A DNA stretch of 64,000 nucleotides from Sphyrna mokarran (taxonomy: Eukaryota): assembly GCA_024679065.1 (NCBI GenBank), contig JAGIQG010000006.1:69254001-69318000 (forward strand), read 5' to 3'. The notes under the pieces are model-generated. The model worked only from the letters and a program-made list of their open reading frames with translations. It was not told where the DNA came from and searched no databases. The translations under genes and the position numbers were made by a program. This document shows, in pieces, positions 1 to 12,420 of this stretch (the first letter of the stretch is position 1; every line of letters begins with the position of its first letter).

Positions 1-869
1 GGTGAATTATTGTGTGGTATATTTCTTAATTAAAGACTGGAGTGGAAATAAGAGTGATTTGAAAAGCTCCAGGAACACGTGTAAGCTAAGCAGCTGTTAG
101 GCATTATGTGGTAAGACAATATCATCTTGAGCTGTGCGTGAGCATCTTTACTTTACAAGCATTCATCAGGCTTCAGAATTAAGGAGAAAGGCTAATGACT
201 GGCAACTAAACATCAAAAGTCCCTCACCCCCATCTCTGATTCTTTAACCACTACCTTGAGAAAGTTATTTTAACTTTCTTTCCAATTGAGTGTCAACATC
301 ACTGGTTAATGCATCACCGTAAAAGTTTACTGTTATCCCTTACACTAATTGCTGTAGATGGACTTTACAGATACCATGTTAGTCTTAGGGCTTTTCAATA
401 AATGTCTAGCTTCCGTAGCCGACATATTCCCTCCCCACCCTGACACCTGCCCAAAAGCATCACAGATGTGATGAGTGAATCAATTTACCCTCACAATGTT
501 GCAGCCTGTCAAGTTTCCATTCACAAAGCGCTCCAGCACTTCTTCCTCCCAACAAAGATAATTATTGACCTAGATCTTCCAAGGAGTGGCAATGAATGCT
601 GGATTACTGCTGCGCTGAAAAATTCCTCAACTCAGTGCAATTATGAATCTGCACTGGGCTATTCCAATGCTGCCCTTCACACACCTACTCCTATACTCAT
701 TACATCTTTGAACCAAATATGACAAAAGAGCTGAACTCCAGCACTTAGGTAAGAGTGAGTGTCACTTACACCAAAGTAGCATTTGACCATGTGTAGCACC
801 AGAGGGCCCTAGCAAAAGTCAACGGATATCAGAGGAAAGCTTTCCACTACGTGAAATTATGCCTCATAA

Positions 870-1090
870 AAGAAAGATGGTTGTGGTACTGGAGAACAAC
901 CATCTCAGTCGCAAGACACAGCTGTAGCATTTCCTCAGTGTATCATCAGAGGACAAACAACCTTTAGCTGTTCCATTTATGATCTTCCCTTACCAAAAGG
1001 GAATGAGTATGTTTGCTGATGATTGCACAATGTTTAGAGCCATTCATAACTCCTCAGATTCTCAAGGGATCTGTGCCCATATGCAGCAAG
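870..1090 (+). mobile_element. Decayed CR1/L2-group LINE RT fragment
   Basis: Degenerate KMVVV..GVPQG..LGPTIFS and atgtttgctgatgattgc (MFADDC) motifs. Same family as 8100-8905, 38030-38955 and 49495-50160. Confidence 0.75.
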
Positions 1091-1411
1091 TCCAGTGTTT
1101 TAATCTGTTCAATCTAGAATGAATGGGTGTGGAGGAGACAAACGGATCAGCTGATGGCACTTCGCATCAAAGCGTGGAAGTCTTTCCCGATCTGAAATTG
1201 TTGCAAGAGAGGCTTCAGTAATCGACTCAATCTTGTGCTTCTGAAATGGAGGGAGTTCTGACCAGAGGAAACATTGACAGAAACTGTTGATGACTAACCA
1301 AGCAAGAGAGAAAACTCGAGTGTTTCTGGAAATGCAGGAAAGAACAGCCGTGAAGTGCACGGTGGCAATTAGACTGTGGTCCAGGAACCGTCAAACTCCA
1401 GCTAGACTGAC

Positions 1412-1538
1412 GGGCTGGAAATTTACCGTCCCACCCAACACAGGAATTAGAGCAGGCAATGGGCGAAACTTGGGAAGTCCTGTTGACCTCGGACAGGATT
1501 TACGGTTTCTGGGTAAGCGAGGCCATAACATTCCGCCC
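1412..1538. mobile_element. ~130-bp MITE, GGGC-terminated TIR family (probably Harbinger-derived)
   Basis: Ends gggctggaaatttac ... ataacattccgccc are imperfect inverted repeats. Internal sequence resembles the copies at 48927, 55261 and 60620. Confidence 0.65.
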
Positions 1539-3019
1539 ATTATTTCTATGCAACATTATGTCTATGTATGTTGGAGCATATCCCTTTAAGAGAACGGATC
1601 AAGTGACCCGAGACTCAACTTCACCCTGAGTGAAGTTGCCTAGCCAATCTTGTGCTGACTGTACTAAAAGATAGATGTATTAATAAACAGTTCCAGTAGT
1701 TTACTTCTACTAATCTCATGGTCTTTTATTAGTCTTTATATCAGACCTCATGCATAATAATTTGTTCTTGAGGGTTTTGAACTTGCTCAGTCTGTACCAC
1801 AAGCCCACATCTGTAGCAGCAATTATTCTAACAAATTCCTTCCCTCATGCCTGATTCATGGGCACATACTCATCTGTCAAATTTCAGTTCCCCTCACGAG
1901 CAAGACGTACAGGCAAATGTGGGAGGAAGATTGCACACATAATGGCTGCTGCAGAATTTTGGCTTCATTGGCATTTCTCATTCCAAACTTTCCTACGCAC
2001 TAGATTATTAATAATTTGCAGATCGTGCAGAGAATGGGGAAGGGGAGATGCATTTGATTCTGCAGAAATCTAACTGTGGATGAGTGTCTGTCTTCCCTAG
2101 AGGTCTAAAAATAAAATTCTTCTTTAAAAACAATTGAAGTGTAAGATCTGCTCCCACTGGACTGCTTTGAAGTTATGACTGAGTGTCTGTGCATTGTGAC
2201 TCTGGGGCTGCATAATACATGGCTACAGAAATGGAACATAGTGAGGTACACTGACAAGAAAAGAGAAAGCACTGTAAGGAAAATTTTCAAACAGATTTCA
2301 TGAACAGTGAGTGTTATGTATGTGATGTACACCACATTCTACAGGAAGAAGAACATAGGTGAGAAGATTTGTTAATGTTAATGTACAGCAAATCATCAAT
2401 TATAGTAAACACACCCAAACCAGCAGTAAAAATGTCCACTACTTGGCTCCTTAATTAAATGCTTTCGATCACCCAAGGTACCCGAACTTGCTCAAGATTG
2501 CTTCTCAATTTCTCCACCATAATGTCCTGTTTCCTGTGCAATCCAGCAGATGCATCCAGAAAAACAGCATTGTTAAAACTGTGTTCAAAGTGCATTGGCT
2601 TCCTGCTTCATGAGCGGCTGGCTGAAGTCAACAAAAGAAAGAAATAAAAACCATTTGATGTGTGAACAGCATCCCATCTGTTTGGCAGCATGATAAAAGA
2701 AAGCCACTTCCAGTGCCATCCGTGCTAGCTCCTGCTTAAAATGTCCTGAACATGCTCAAAAAGAACTAGGGAAATGTAAATCAACCAGCAAAAGCAACTT
2801 CATAAGACAATAGGCTCCAGAGCTGCGTCTTTGCATCCTTGTGTTTAATTGTCACATAATGTAAGTTTGTCAATTATTCTTTCAATCATTTTGGTCCATT
2901 CTTTTTGAAAACAAAACCATCTTAATCAGAAAATGCCATGCTCTCTTTGGTAAAGAATTCCACGCATTCACTATCCTTTTGAGAGATGAAATTTCTTTTC
3001 GTATCTATCTTCATATTTA

Positions 3020-3285
3020 ACCCTCCTCTCTACCCTACCACCATAACCCTGTGAATTTACCACAGTTAATCCATCTAATCTGTATACTTTTGAACACTAA
3101 GGGGTAATTTAGCATGGCCAATCCACTTAACCTACACATCTTTGGATTGTGGGAGGAACGTGGAGCACCCAGAGGAAATCTTTGCAGACACTGGAAGAGT
3201 GTGCAAATTCCACACATTTCCCCAAGACTGGAATCGAACCTTGATCCCTGGCACTGTGAGGTAGCAGTGCGAATTATTGTGCCAC
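3020..3285 (-). mobile_element. tRNA-derived V-SINE (HE1-like shark SINE)
   Basis: Minus strand reads tRNA-like head (..ctcacagtgccagggatcaaggttcgattcc), V-domain core (tttcctctgggtgctcc) and ggattggccatgctaaatt. Confidence 0.85.
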
Positions 3286-4479
3286 AATCTCATGTAACCA
3301 AAACTTCTACAGTACTGATCTTACTCTTGTATAATTCTTACCCACTCTAATCCCTTTGCTATATCGGTAGCAGTTATGCCCCTAAATTAGGTGCCATGCA
3401 TTGAAATTCCCTCCCTTCACATATCTGCTTCTCCAAGCCCCACGTACCTCCTTCAATCCAATTTCTTTGACCAACATCCTCCTGCTTTGTGCAGAATGTT
3501 AGATTGTGGAAAATGCATTCTGGACTGTAAGGAGCTTGGGACCCACTTACAGGAACAATCGTTGATGAGAAACCTATGAGAATATCCGTGCAATAGCCCA
3601 AAAACTGTGAGTGATGTAAGCGCAAATTATTGGTGTTGGGTAGAAGTTATACCAAATGGGGCTTCATAATATATTCTCTACACATTGTTTTTGATCATGC
3701 ATTATTCCAAAAATTCAATGAAACCCACTTTGCTAAATTAAATGACTTCATATACTGCACAGGTACAACATTGCATTTTTTAATGCAAAATGTCTGAAAG
3801 AACATGATTCCAGGTTATACATGAGTTCTGATGGAGACATTCAGATTTGTTTAACATTATTTCACTGACAACCTAAAAGCTGCTTTGGAATCTATTGCAT
3901 AATTGATCCTTAAAATACACTGGGCATAATTTTTCACTTCTGTGTCTTGAAAATCATAAATCTGAGCATAAAATCAAATTCAGTTGAATGGCACTTTATG
4001 GCTGAAAGAATTCTGCCCCTTTGTGTTTTTTTGTCTTTGATACATGTGCTGAATTGGGTCTTCAGAAGCTAATGGTAGTTAGTGCATGACTATGGAACTT
4101 GATGCACCATGTCCTGCATTGAGCGTGGTTCTTTTCATAGGAAGAATTCATAAATCTTCTTTGATGTCCCTTACAGTATTCATCTGTGAATTGAAGCCTG
4201 GAAAGATTCATGACAAAGCTGTCTGATCCATCAGTCTCTATGTATCTCTGTTGCACAAATATTTTAGAGATATGACTGAACTTGCCTTGCTTTGGATAAT
4301 TGAACTTCTTTGAGGTGATATCCCAGCATCGGTCTCTAGAATGCAACTTGAGTGTGTTTGGATCACTGACCCCCAACTGTTAAAAAGGAGATTGTGTGAG
4401 CCATAATTCCCAATGCATGAAGGATAGTTAAAGATTCTGTAAATCAACCATTATCATTCTGAGCAGAAGGAGAGAGGCG

Positions 4480-4585
4480 CCTTGATTTGCCTGATGAAGG
4501 CTACGAAGGCCAAAAGCTTGCAAGATTACTATCAAATAAATCGGTTGGATTTAAAATTGATGTTGTCAGACCTCTTACTGTATCT
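4480..4585 (+). mobile_element. Penelope-like element 3' end with decayed minimal hammerhead core
   Basis: CTGATGA-aggc..gcc-AAAAGC followed by aaataaa..gttgga..tgttgtcagac, the layout of Penelope-type termini. The GAAA core reads AAAA. Confidence 0.55.
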
Positions 4586-4814
4586 ACAAAATACCATGGG
4601 GTTGAATTTCTCCAGGTTTCTATGGATATACATCTGAATTAGCAATGGAAATTCAGGGGCACCTGTGAAAATTCAATTCCAGTATTTGGTATCTCCCAAA
4701 TAACAGTTTCTCACTGTCAAATGGGCTAATTATGTACTTAAAGTAAATTGTTAAAGTTACTGGCTACTAATGCACTTTGTAAATGCTGACAATTTTGATG
4801 ATGAAGATATTAAA

Positions 4815-4915
4815 TAAAAGACAGGATATGCTGGAAGCATGCACAGGCCAGTCAACATCTTTGGAGAGAGAAACAAATAACAATGCATAGATCAATGATC
4901 TTTCATCAGAACTGA
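4815..4915 (-). mobile_element. Penelope-like terminal repeat fragment
   Basis: Minus strand: ttctgatgaaagatca...tctctctccaaagatgttgactggcctg...ttccagcat. Homologous to 5349-5468 and 49395-49495. Confidence 0.55.
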
Positions 4916-5308
4916 CCTAAACTAGCAGCAAATTGTTTATAATTAAAAGTGCAAAGTTGAGTCCTGAGGTTTGTATTGTACTTAATCATGTAAAGCACCA
5001 ATCAAGTTAGTGGGAGACTGATGAGATTATGCGATACACTAATTTATCCAGTCCAGTATACTTTGATTTTTTTAATTGCAATTTCGGATCCACAATTCGT
5101 TTTGCATCATAGGCCCTGAATTTCCTCACATTTTGTAAAGGTACAGCCATAATTTCCTCAGCACTGGAGTGGAAATCCTACTTTACACAAAGTCCCAGGT
5201 AATTCTGTGGAAGGCAGATGTAGTGACCATCCATAAACTGAAAGCAAGTTCAACAATTGATGTAAGAGAATGGAGAGGGGTTAAAAATAACAGAACACAA
5301 AAATAATA

Positions 5309-5586
5309 GGCCGGATTCTGTGATCTCGATCGTAGCCAGGATTCCCCCAACAAAGGGTCATCCAAACTCGAAACATTGACACTATCCTCTCCCCACAGAT
5401 GCTGTCAGACCTGCTGAGATTTTCCACATTTTCTGTTTTTGCTTCAGATTCCAGCATCTGCAGTATTTCATGCAATGGCAGGAGTTCTCTCTCATCTGGT
5501 TGCAATGAACCGAGATTTGGCTAAGTGCCAAATTATTCATTCTTGCTGACAGCGATGGTGGTGCGTGAATGTCTGGAGAAATCGGC
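5309..5586. mobile_element. MITE interrupted by a Penelope-like terminal fragment (about 5349-5468)
   Basis: TIRs ggccggattc / gaaatcggcc. The insert reads aaagggtcatccaaactcgaaac...ccacagatgctgtcagacctgctgag...agattccagcatctgcagt. Confidence 0.65.
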
Positions 5587-6209
5587 CAATATTTTTGTCA
5601 AATGCAATGGTTGCCAGCTCCTTTGGATAGATTTAATATGGTGAATTGTCTTAGTTGTAACTATAGTAAAAAATATTCACTGTATTCTTACATATGTCAT
5701 TGTACTCTGAAGCATGAACTTGAAACCAAGGTGTACAGTTATGGGCATTTATTTTTCAACAGAAGTGTCAGTGCTACCAGATTTAGACTTGAATGACATA
5801 AAAATAAGGATTTAAATATTCCGCAGAATGTCTTGGTGCGGAATTTTACGCGGGACTCATTGTTCCTAATGGTGAAACAGGAAGAGCCCTATTTCACTAT
5901 TTTGATTTTTGCTGGTTCCATTTAATTACAATGAAAATTTAAAGTGCCAGTGATGTGCGTGGAATAAATGTGTGATCACACAGCAGGAAAAGGCTTTCAG
6001 TAGCTAAAGCTACCATCAGCTAACAATGCAGCAGATAGGGACAGTGTCCTGGAAGGACACACAGGCTCATCACTGTGGCCATAACCATCCCACACAACTT
6101 TATTGCCATCACATTAGGCTTACTGAGAGTGCACAGATGGCATGGATGTTCTTCAAATTTAAGTTTTATTTGTAAATATTTTCCATTACATTAATTTCAC
6201 TTTATAATT

Positions 6210-6565
6210 ATTTTTATTCATTCCTGGGATCTGTGTGGTGCTGACTTGGACAGGTGCATTGTCTATCCCTCATTGCCCTTGAACTGTGTGACTTGTTAGG
6301 CCATTTGAGAGGACATTTTAAGAGTCAACCACATTGCTGTGGGTCTGGAGTCACATATAGGCCAGACTGGGTAAGGGCAGCTGATTTCATTCCCTAAAGG
6401 ACATCAGTGAATCAGATGGATTTTTTAAACAATCGACAATGACTTTTACAGATTCAAATTTCACCATCTACCATGGTGGGATTTGAACACCAGTCCCTAG
6501 AGCATTACTCTGGGTCTCTGGATTATCAATTCAATGATAACACCATTATGCAACCACCTCCCCTC
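6210..6565 (-). mobile_element. Second tRNA-derived SINE family, sharing its 3' tail with the CR1/L2-group LINE
   Basis: Minus strand: A/B-box-like head (gtgttcaaatcccacc), core gtcctttagggaa..ccagtctggcct..gactccagacccacagcaatgtggttgactct. Homologous to 44125-44495. Confidence 0.8.
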
Positions 6566-6985
6566 AAACGGGTGCATCATCTTTTTTTCAGACTAACTCA
6601 GTAAGTGAGCTGAATTAATTGACACTCCTTATGATTGGTATACATTGGTGTAAGGGACATTAGAAATATTTCTTCGTCGTGGAAGAAACAATGTTGTGGT
6701 TTTTGTGTTTACTTATGTCCATCTTAGTGTCCAATACTGCAGTCCTCCCTCTATGGGATATAGCTGAACTTAACACATTATTGAGGACATTGTCAGATAT
6801 CATTTTCTGGAGACAAATGAAACGTTCTGGGCAAACTAAAAATCCTATAAAAACTGTGATGGACCTGTATGTGGATAGTACTGACTCCACTCTGTGGGCC
6901 CGTCATTTTCTTACCCTAGCTGATTCTTCCTACAACCCTCTTCCTCCATACTAAGCTTGCCAGGCCCTGCCCACTTCACTCCACG

Positions 6986-7032
6986 TCCCTGACCCCAGCC
7001 TCCATTCTCCCTGACCCCAGCCTCCATTCTCC
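6986..7032. repeat. Perfect 22-bp tandem duplication (TCCCTGACCCCAGCCTCCATTC x2)
   Basis: Read directly from the sequence. Confidence 0.95.
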
Positions 7033-8099
7033 TTTGGATTGCTCTGACACTGCTCGCCAGCCCTACTCCACTATCAGAAATTAAAATTACAGTTCTTGCC
7101 AAATTAAGTCTCCCTATCACCTCACTTTATGCTCTTGCAGGCCTTATAAAATCAAAATGGTGCACAGACCTCAATAATCTATATTGTTTTCAGTGTTTTT
7201 TTTTCCAGTAAATAATCAGAACAAATAACATTTTCTTAGCAAAATCAGGTGGTGACTGTTCATCCAAAATCAATTTATACTGATACCACTAAATTTCCAA
7301 GTGCTTTTTGCTTCTTCCTACAAACCACTGGTTAAGTCCCACTTCAGGTGGTTTGCTGAAGATATAATGTGGACCAGGGCATGACCTGGTAGATGTTGCA
7401 GGCCCATATTCAAAAGTTGTACTGACATGTGGGTTTGATATGGACAGACAATTTTGGGCAACACAACTAGTGATCTTTCATATCATGATGGGCAGATAAC
7501 AAAGGGCTGTCATTCTGCAATATGATTCTAATTGCAATAATGTGCAATCTATTTAAATTTATCTTAAACAATTCTAGGAGACTGTAAACTGATCAAATTG
7601 CAACATAGCATCACTAGCAGCCATAATAGAAATTTTCCATTTGTTGGTATTTCTGTAAATACCTAAAATGCAGCCAGTCGCTAATGCATTCAAATGTAGA
7701 TGTATGCAATCTGCTATCAAACACTTACTGACAGATCCACGATTCCACAATTCCCTAAATAGCCATTCCAGTTATCCCTGTCTCATCAATTTGTGTGCTG
7801 CCATTAACATTTTTATATTCCTCAAAATAACAGTTGAACAGATGCATTTGATATTCAGCTGCTAATTAAAAGGGAATCATCATGATTTTCAAGAATTCCT
7901 TGCGGAATCAGCTTTTCCAAGAGCCTCCATTAAAAGTGTAGTTTCAGAATCATCACAGAATGGGGAGAATTTGTTAGGAGTTAATTCCTCTCTGCCACTG
8001 TATCTTCACTGGAAGTGCTGTGGAACCCTTTTTGTATACCTGACTTAGGGTTCCAACACACAACAAAGTTTCACATGAACAGCTCCTTCCAATACAGTA

Positions 8100-8905
8100 G
8101 CTACTCTGAACAACATTGCAGTAGCTGCCGAAACATCATTCATATTCATGCTTGGGCAGACATTGCAGTAACGTTTGTGCCACGTAAGTACCAGACAATA
8201 ACTATTTCCAACAAGAGAGAATCCAACCATCTCCCCTTGACATGCAATTGTATTATCATCCTAAATCCTCCACTATTAACATTCCGGAATCTACCATTGA
8301 CAAGAACTGGGACCAGCCATATAAATGCTCTGCCCACAGCAGAAAGTGAAAGGCTGGGTAATCTGCAGAGTAACCACCTCCAAACTTCCCTAAACCTATC
8401 CCTCACCTAAATCAAGAGCGTGACGGAATTGACTCCACTTGTCTGAATGAATGCAGCTCCAGCATCACTCAAGAAGCTCAACACCATCCAGGACAAAGCA
8501 GCCACCCCATCCACCAAAATAAAGTTTCACTCCCTCCACCACTTGCGCACGATGGCAGCAGTGCATACTTTCATCAAGATGTACTGCAGCAACTCACCAA
8601 GGATACTTTGACAGCATCTTCCATACCCAGGATCTCTACACTCTGAATGGACAGGAGCAGCAGATGCATGAGAACATCACAGCTGCAAGTCGCATACCTT
8701 CCTGATTTAGAACTATATTGCTGCTCCTTCACAGTCACTTGGTTAAAGTCCTGGCACTCCCTAACAGCATAGTGGGTGTACATAAATTACATAGACTGCA
8801 GGCATTCAATAAATCCCTTCATCACCATCTTCAAAGGCAGTTAGGGATGGGCAATAAATGCTGGTCTAGTCAATAATGCCCACATCCCACAAACAAGTTC
8901 AGAAA
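8100..8905 (+). mobile_element. CR1/L2-group LINE 3' part, decayed
   Basis: IHAWAD..VTFVPRKYQTITISNKRESNHLPL C-terminal RT-associated motif, and 3' tail ttagggatgggcaataaatgctgg..gcccacatccc. Confidence 0.85.
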
Positions 8906-8917
8906 AAATTCAATTTT

Positions 8918-9804
8918 GGGCCAGATATTTGTAGAGTGCAGCTTCTCAGAGTGAACCGCATTGGTTTGATTTTCATTTACCTGCGGCTCAAAGGTTTTGT
9001 GCTGTAACTTAAAGGAATTGCAACTGATAAGAGCATGGTAAGAGCAATGGGGCATCTGGTACCTCTGCCAAAATAGGACTGATAGCCTATCTTCTTAACT
9101 AATGGAAATTAATAATTGAGAAATAAATAGAGGGATCATGGAAAAGGAGGTTGGATTAGAGTCAAATCAGAAGATACAGAAAAATAAAGAACAAGATAGG
9201 TTTGATTTAAAAAGAAAACAGATTAAAAGAGAAGAAAAAATCCAAACTTAAATTTAAATTAAAATATCAAAAAACAATTTACCATTGAAAAGAATGAAGC
9301 TCCATACTTTCAAATGTTAAATATTTAGACCTAAGCGATTTATTGGCATTCATTACAAGAAGGAGATAGATATATTTCTGTTTTTTAACAAGGATTAAAG
9401 GGACATGGAGAACAGGGAGGAAGGTGGATTTGGGACCAGGGAGAGATCAGCCATGATATGATTGAATGGCAGAACAGGCTCGAAGAGCTCAATTGTCTAT
9501 TTCCACTTCTAATTGCTATGTTTCTTTCACCTTTTCAACATTGATAATCCATATTTACAATATTAGTTACCAAACACATCACTGTGTTGAATTCCATGAG
9601 TATATAATGCTTAAATCCAGCAAATTCATCATAATAGGGAAGCTAAGGGTGAGATGCAGAGAAATGTAACTCAACCAGCAAGTTCTGGAGATTTGCAACA
9701 GCTGATAAACTCTTAATTCCTTGTGCCAGCTGGCTGATTTGCATGTTCATAACGTCATCTATTATTAAAACACTTGTGATTTTTTTCCCTGAAAGATTCA
9801 GCCC
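8918..9804. mobile_element. Non-autonomous TIR element carrying a nested CR1 3' tail (about 9356-9525, +)
   Basis: Ends gggccagatattt / aaagattcagccc. The internal agatcagccatgat..gaatggcagaacaggctcgaag is a CR1 3' UTR. Confidence 0.55.
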
Positions 9805-10845
9805 AGTGCCTCTTTAAATATTGACACAATGTTTGCACCTGTGCCTTAATTGCCCAGGTGTTCTTGAAAAGACTACCGTGTTTTGGCTTCATGTGGTCGA
9901 TTGAAGAGACTTGCTCTCTTACAGTTATTGTATCAGACTCCACAGGGATATTGATGCAACTCATTGCATTCATAAGACAAATGTACTAGCACCGAGATAT
10001 ATATCTGTGTGAAAAAAAAACTGAAGATTACAAGAGTTTTTCCTCAAAAGATACTTTCCTGCATATTATAGCTCAGGGGACAGGAAAGGAAATGAAAGCA
10101 ACAATTATGTCAAAGTTCTCTAGACACCCCCATCTTATTAATGTTGGAATGGTACAGCCCATCGCTTCAATAATTCTTCCTTTTTAATGCTATTACGGTA
10201 TTGCGCTCGTTGTCAAGAGGATCATTTTTGTCTGTTAAGGAGGCAGCATCAATATTTTGTGCCATTGTTCTTACTGTTGCATGTATCAAATACAGCAGAA
10301 AATGAAAACTGAAGTTATAAGTAAGTAGAAGACTTTGCACCAAAGATTTACATAGAACTTGTGCTATGTTAATAACATTTTACTAAGTATGTAGAAGGTA
10401 CAACTGGGAAAGATTGTTGCTTCTGAATAGAATTCTGTACAGGTTGCACCATGTTGTCATTTATTTTTATTCTATTTGTTAGTTTCCCATTTAGTGAATG
10501 TAGACCTAATAGATGAAAAATGAAAGTACTCATAAAGCTCCATTACCCTCTTGCTGCAATATTTCTTATGACCCAGGTCTAACTTAGTTCAGTAAAATTA
10601 GCTGTAAGGAGTCAATACATAAAGCCTTACTTAGACATTAAATTATAGTAACTAAAGATTTTATGACAAACCTTATATATTAAGCTGCACTTTGACGTGG
10701 GCCTGTGTTGCACAATGGTATTTAGGATTAGACTTTAATCTATTTAAGAAAAGTATGCATTATCAGCAGAATGAGATCGACTTTCCCTTTAATCTTTCGC
10801 CAGTTCTTAGTTAGGTTTGTGTTTTACAGGATGTGCAATAATATT

Positions 10846-11077
10846 AGAATCATAGAATCCCTACAGTGCACAAGGAGGCCACTTGGCCCATTGAGTCTGC
10901 ATGCCCATAACCACACCAAACCTATACACCTTTGGACTTCGGGAGGAAATCAGAGCTCCAGGAGGAAGGCCACACAGACACAGGAAAAATGTGCAAACTC
11001 CACAAGGACAGTCACCCCAGGCCTGAACCAAACCTGGCGCTGTAAAGCAGCAGTGCTAATCATTGCACCATTGTGCC
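10846..11077 (-). mobile_element. HE1-like V-SINE with CR1-type (AGAATCAT)n tail
   Basis: Same head and core as the other copies. Tail agaatcatagaatccctacagtgc. Confidence 0.85.
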
Positions 11078-11879
11078 TTATTGAAAAAGATAATTGATTA
11101 TTTTAGTTAACACAATACAAAAATTGAAAGGTTCACACTATTTCTATCAATATCTTTTCATTACTCATGTTTTGAAGTGGAGATATCTATGTGAAAAAGT
11201 GTTTTCTTTCACAAGTAATTGATGTGAAGGTAAATCAGATTAAAATATAATTTTATGATGCAGTTGATGCATGTTTCTTTCTCACCCTCTCAACAAGCTT
11301 TAAGAAGTTAATGCTTCTTTGAACTATAGATTTTTGCCTCCAACATCTAATTTCTACAAGTAGAAATAAATGCTTGCAATTTTTAATGTTTCAGGGTTTT
11401 TCCATTTAATTCTTTAATTTCACTAAACAATGCCTTAACTTTTGGAAAGACAATGTTTGCATACTAAAGCAGTCCTGTAGAACGAAATGGTTGATTAGAA
11501 TATTAAACACTATCTTTTTTATACACCAACATATTTATAATTGCGAGCAATAAATTATCATGGTGGAATAAGTTATATTAAGTGAAACCCAAATAGGTCC
11601 CCATGTCTAGGATAATCACAATTTTATTTTGTCCTGTCAATTATGTGATTTTACGAAGAGTTGGCTATAATGTGTGTAAATCAGAAAATATGAATATTGT
11701 TGAATTCTGTAGTCATACAATTTAGCATGATTCTAAACCATAGAGGTTAGGTAGGTCCCGGATTTAACTCCAGCTATGTGCTGAGTTACTTGACCAAGTA
11801 TCTGTGATTTTTTTGGGGGCGGGGAGAGAGTTGAGGAATCAGCCATGTTTCCAACTCATGATCATTTGTCTATCATTGG

Positions 11880-12420
11880 AAATGCTGATCACTTCTCCTT
11901 CTCTCCTTTGTGGAACAAACTAGAACTAGGGCACACAGTTTAAGGGTAAGGAGTCTCCCATTTCAGACTGAGGTGAGAAGAAATGTTGGCTGGAATTTGT
12001 GGCTGTCCATGATGGTGGGATTCTCCAATCCTGCTGACAGTGCATCGCCACCTGTGGGTTTCCCACTGGCATGGGGTGATGTCAATGGAAGTTCCCATTG
12101 ACAGTAGTGGGAACAGAGAATCCCGCTATTACTAACCAACATGCCATCTCTTGCAGCAGGTAACACGCGGCTGGGGGCTGGAGGACTTAGCCCATTTTCT
12201 CTCAAAGGATCATTAAGAATTCTCTTCCCCAAAAAGAATGAAGGCACTGAACATGTTTAAGGCTAAATTGGATAGATTTTTGACTGATAAGAGATTCAGA
12301 GAGTAGACCGGATAGGTAGGAAAGTAGAGGCCATAAAATGATCAGTCATAATCTTACCAAATGGTGGAGCAGGCTCAAGAGGCCAAATGGGCTCCTTGTG
12401 CTCTGAATTTGTTTGTTTGC
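11880..12420 (+). mobile_element. CR1 3' fragment interrupted by a ~205-bp TIR element (11988-12193)
   Basis: TRTRAHSLRV..FQTEVRRN resumes as ttctctcaaagg after the insert, which is bounded by ggctggaattt / gacttagccc. Confidence 0.75.

Noticed and set aside
560-580. Possible RORE half-sites (AGGTCA) for autoregulation, also near 4912, 33928 and 60146
   Set aside because: The A/T-rich 5' extension is imperfect, some sit inside repeats, and the frequency is compatible with chance.
719-754. ATG...TAG|GTAAGA as a possible first exon
   Set aside because: The frame ends in a stop at the donor and the phase is incompatible with the exon at 16186.
1100-1760. Possible Gypsy pol C-terminus (SRNRQTPARL) followed by an LTR-like segment
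   Set aside because: Suggestive only. No clear TG..CA ends, PPT or TSD, so not listed as a feature.
2658-2693. MCEQH.. resembling the start of mammalian RORbeta2 (MCEN..)
   Set aside because: In-frame TGA after 11 codons and no suitable donor.
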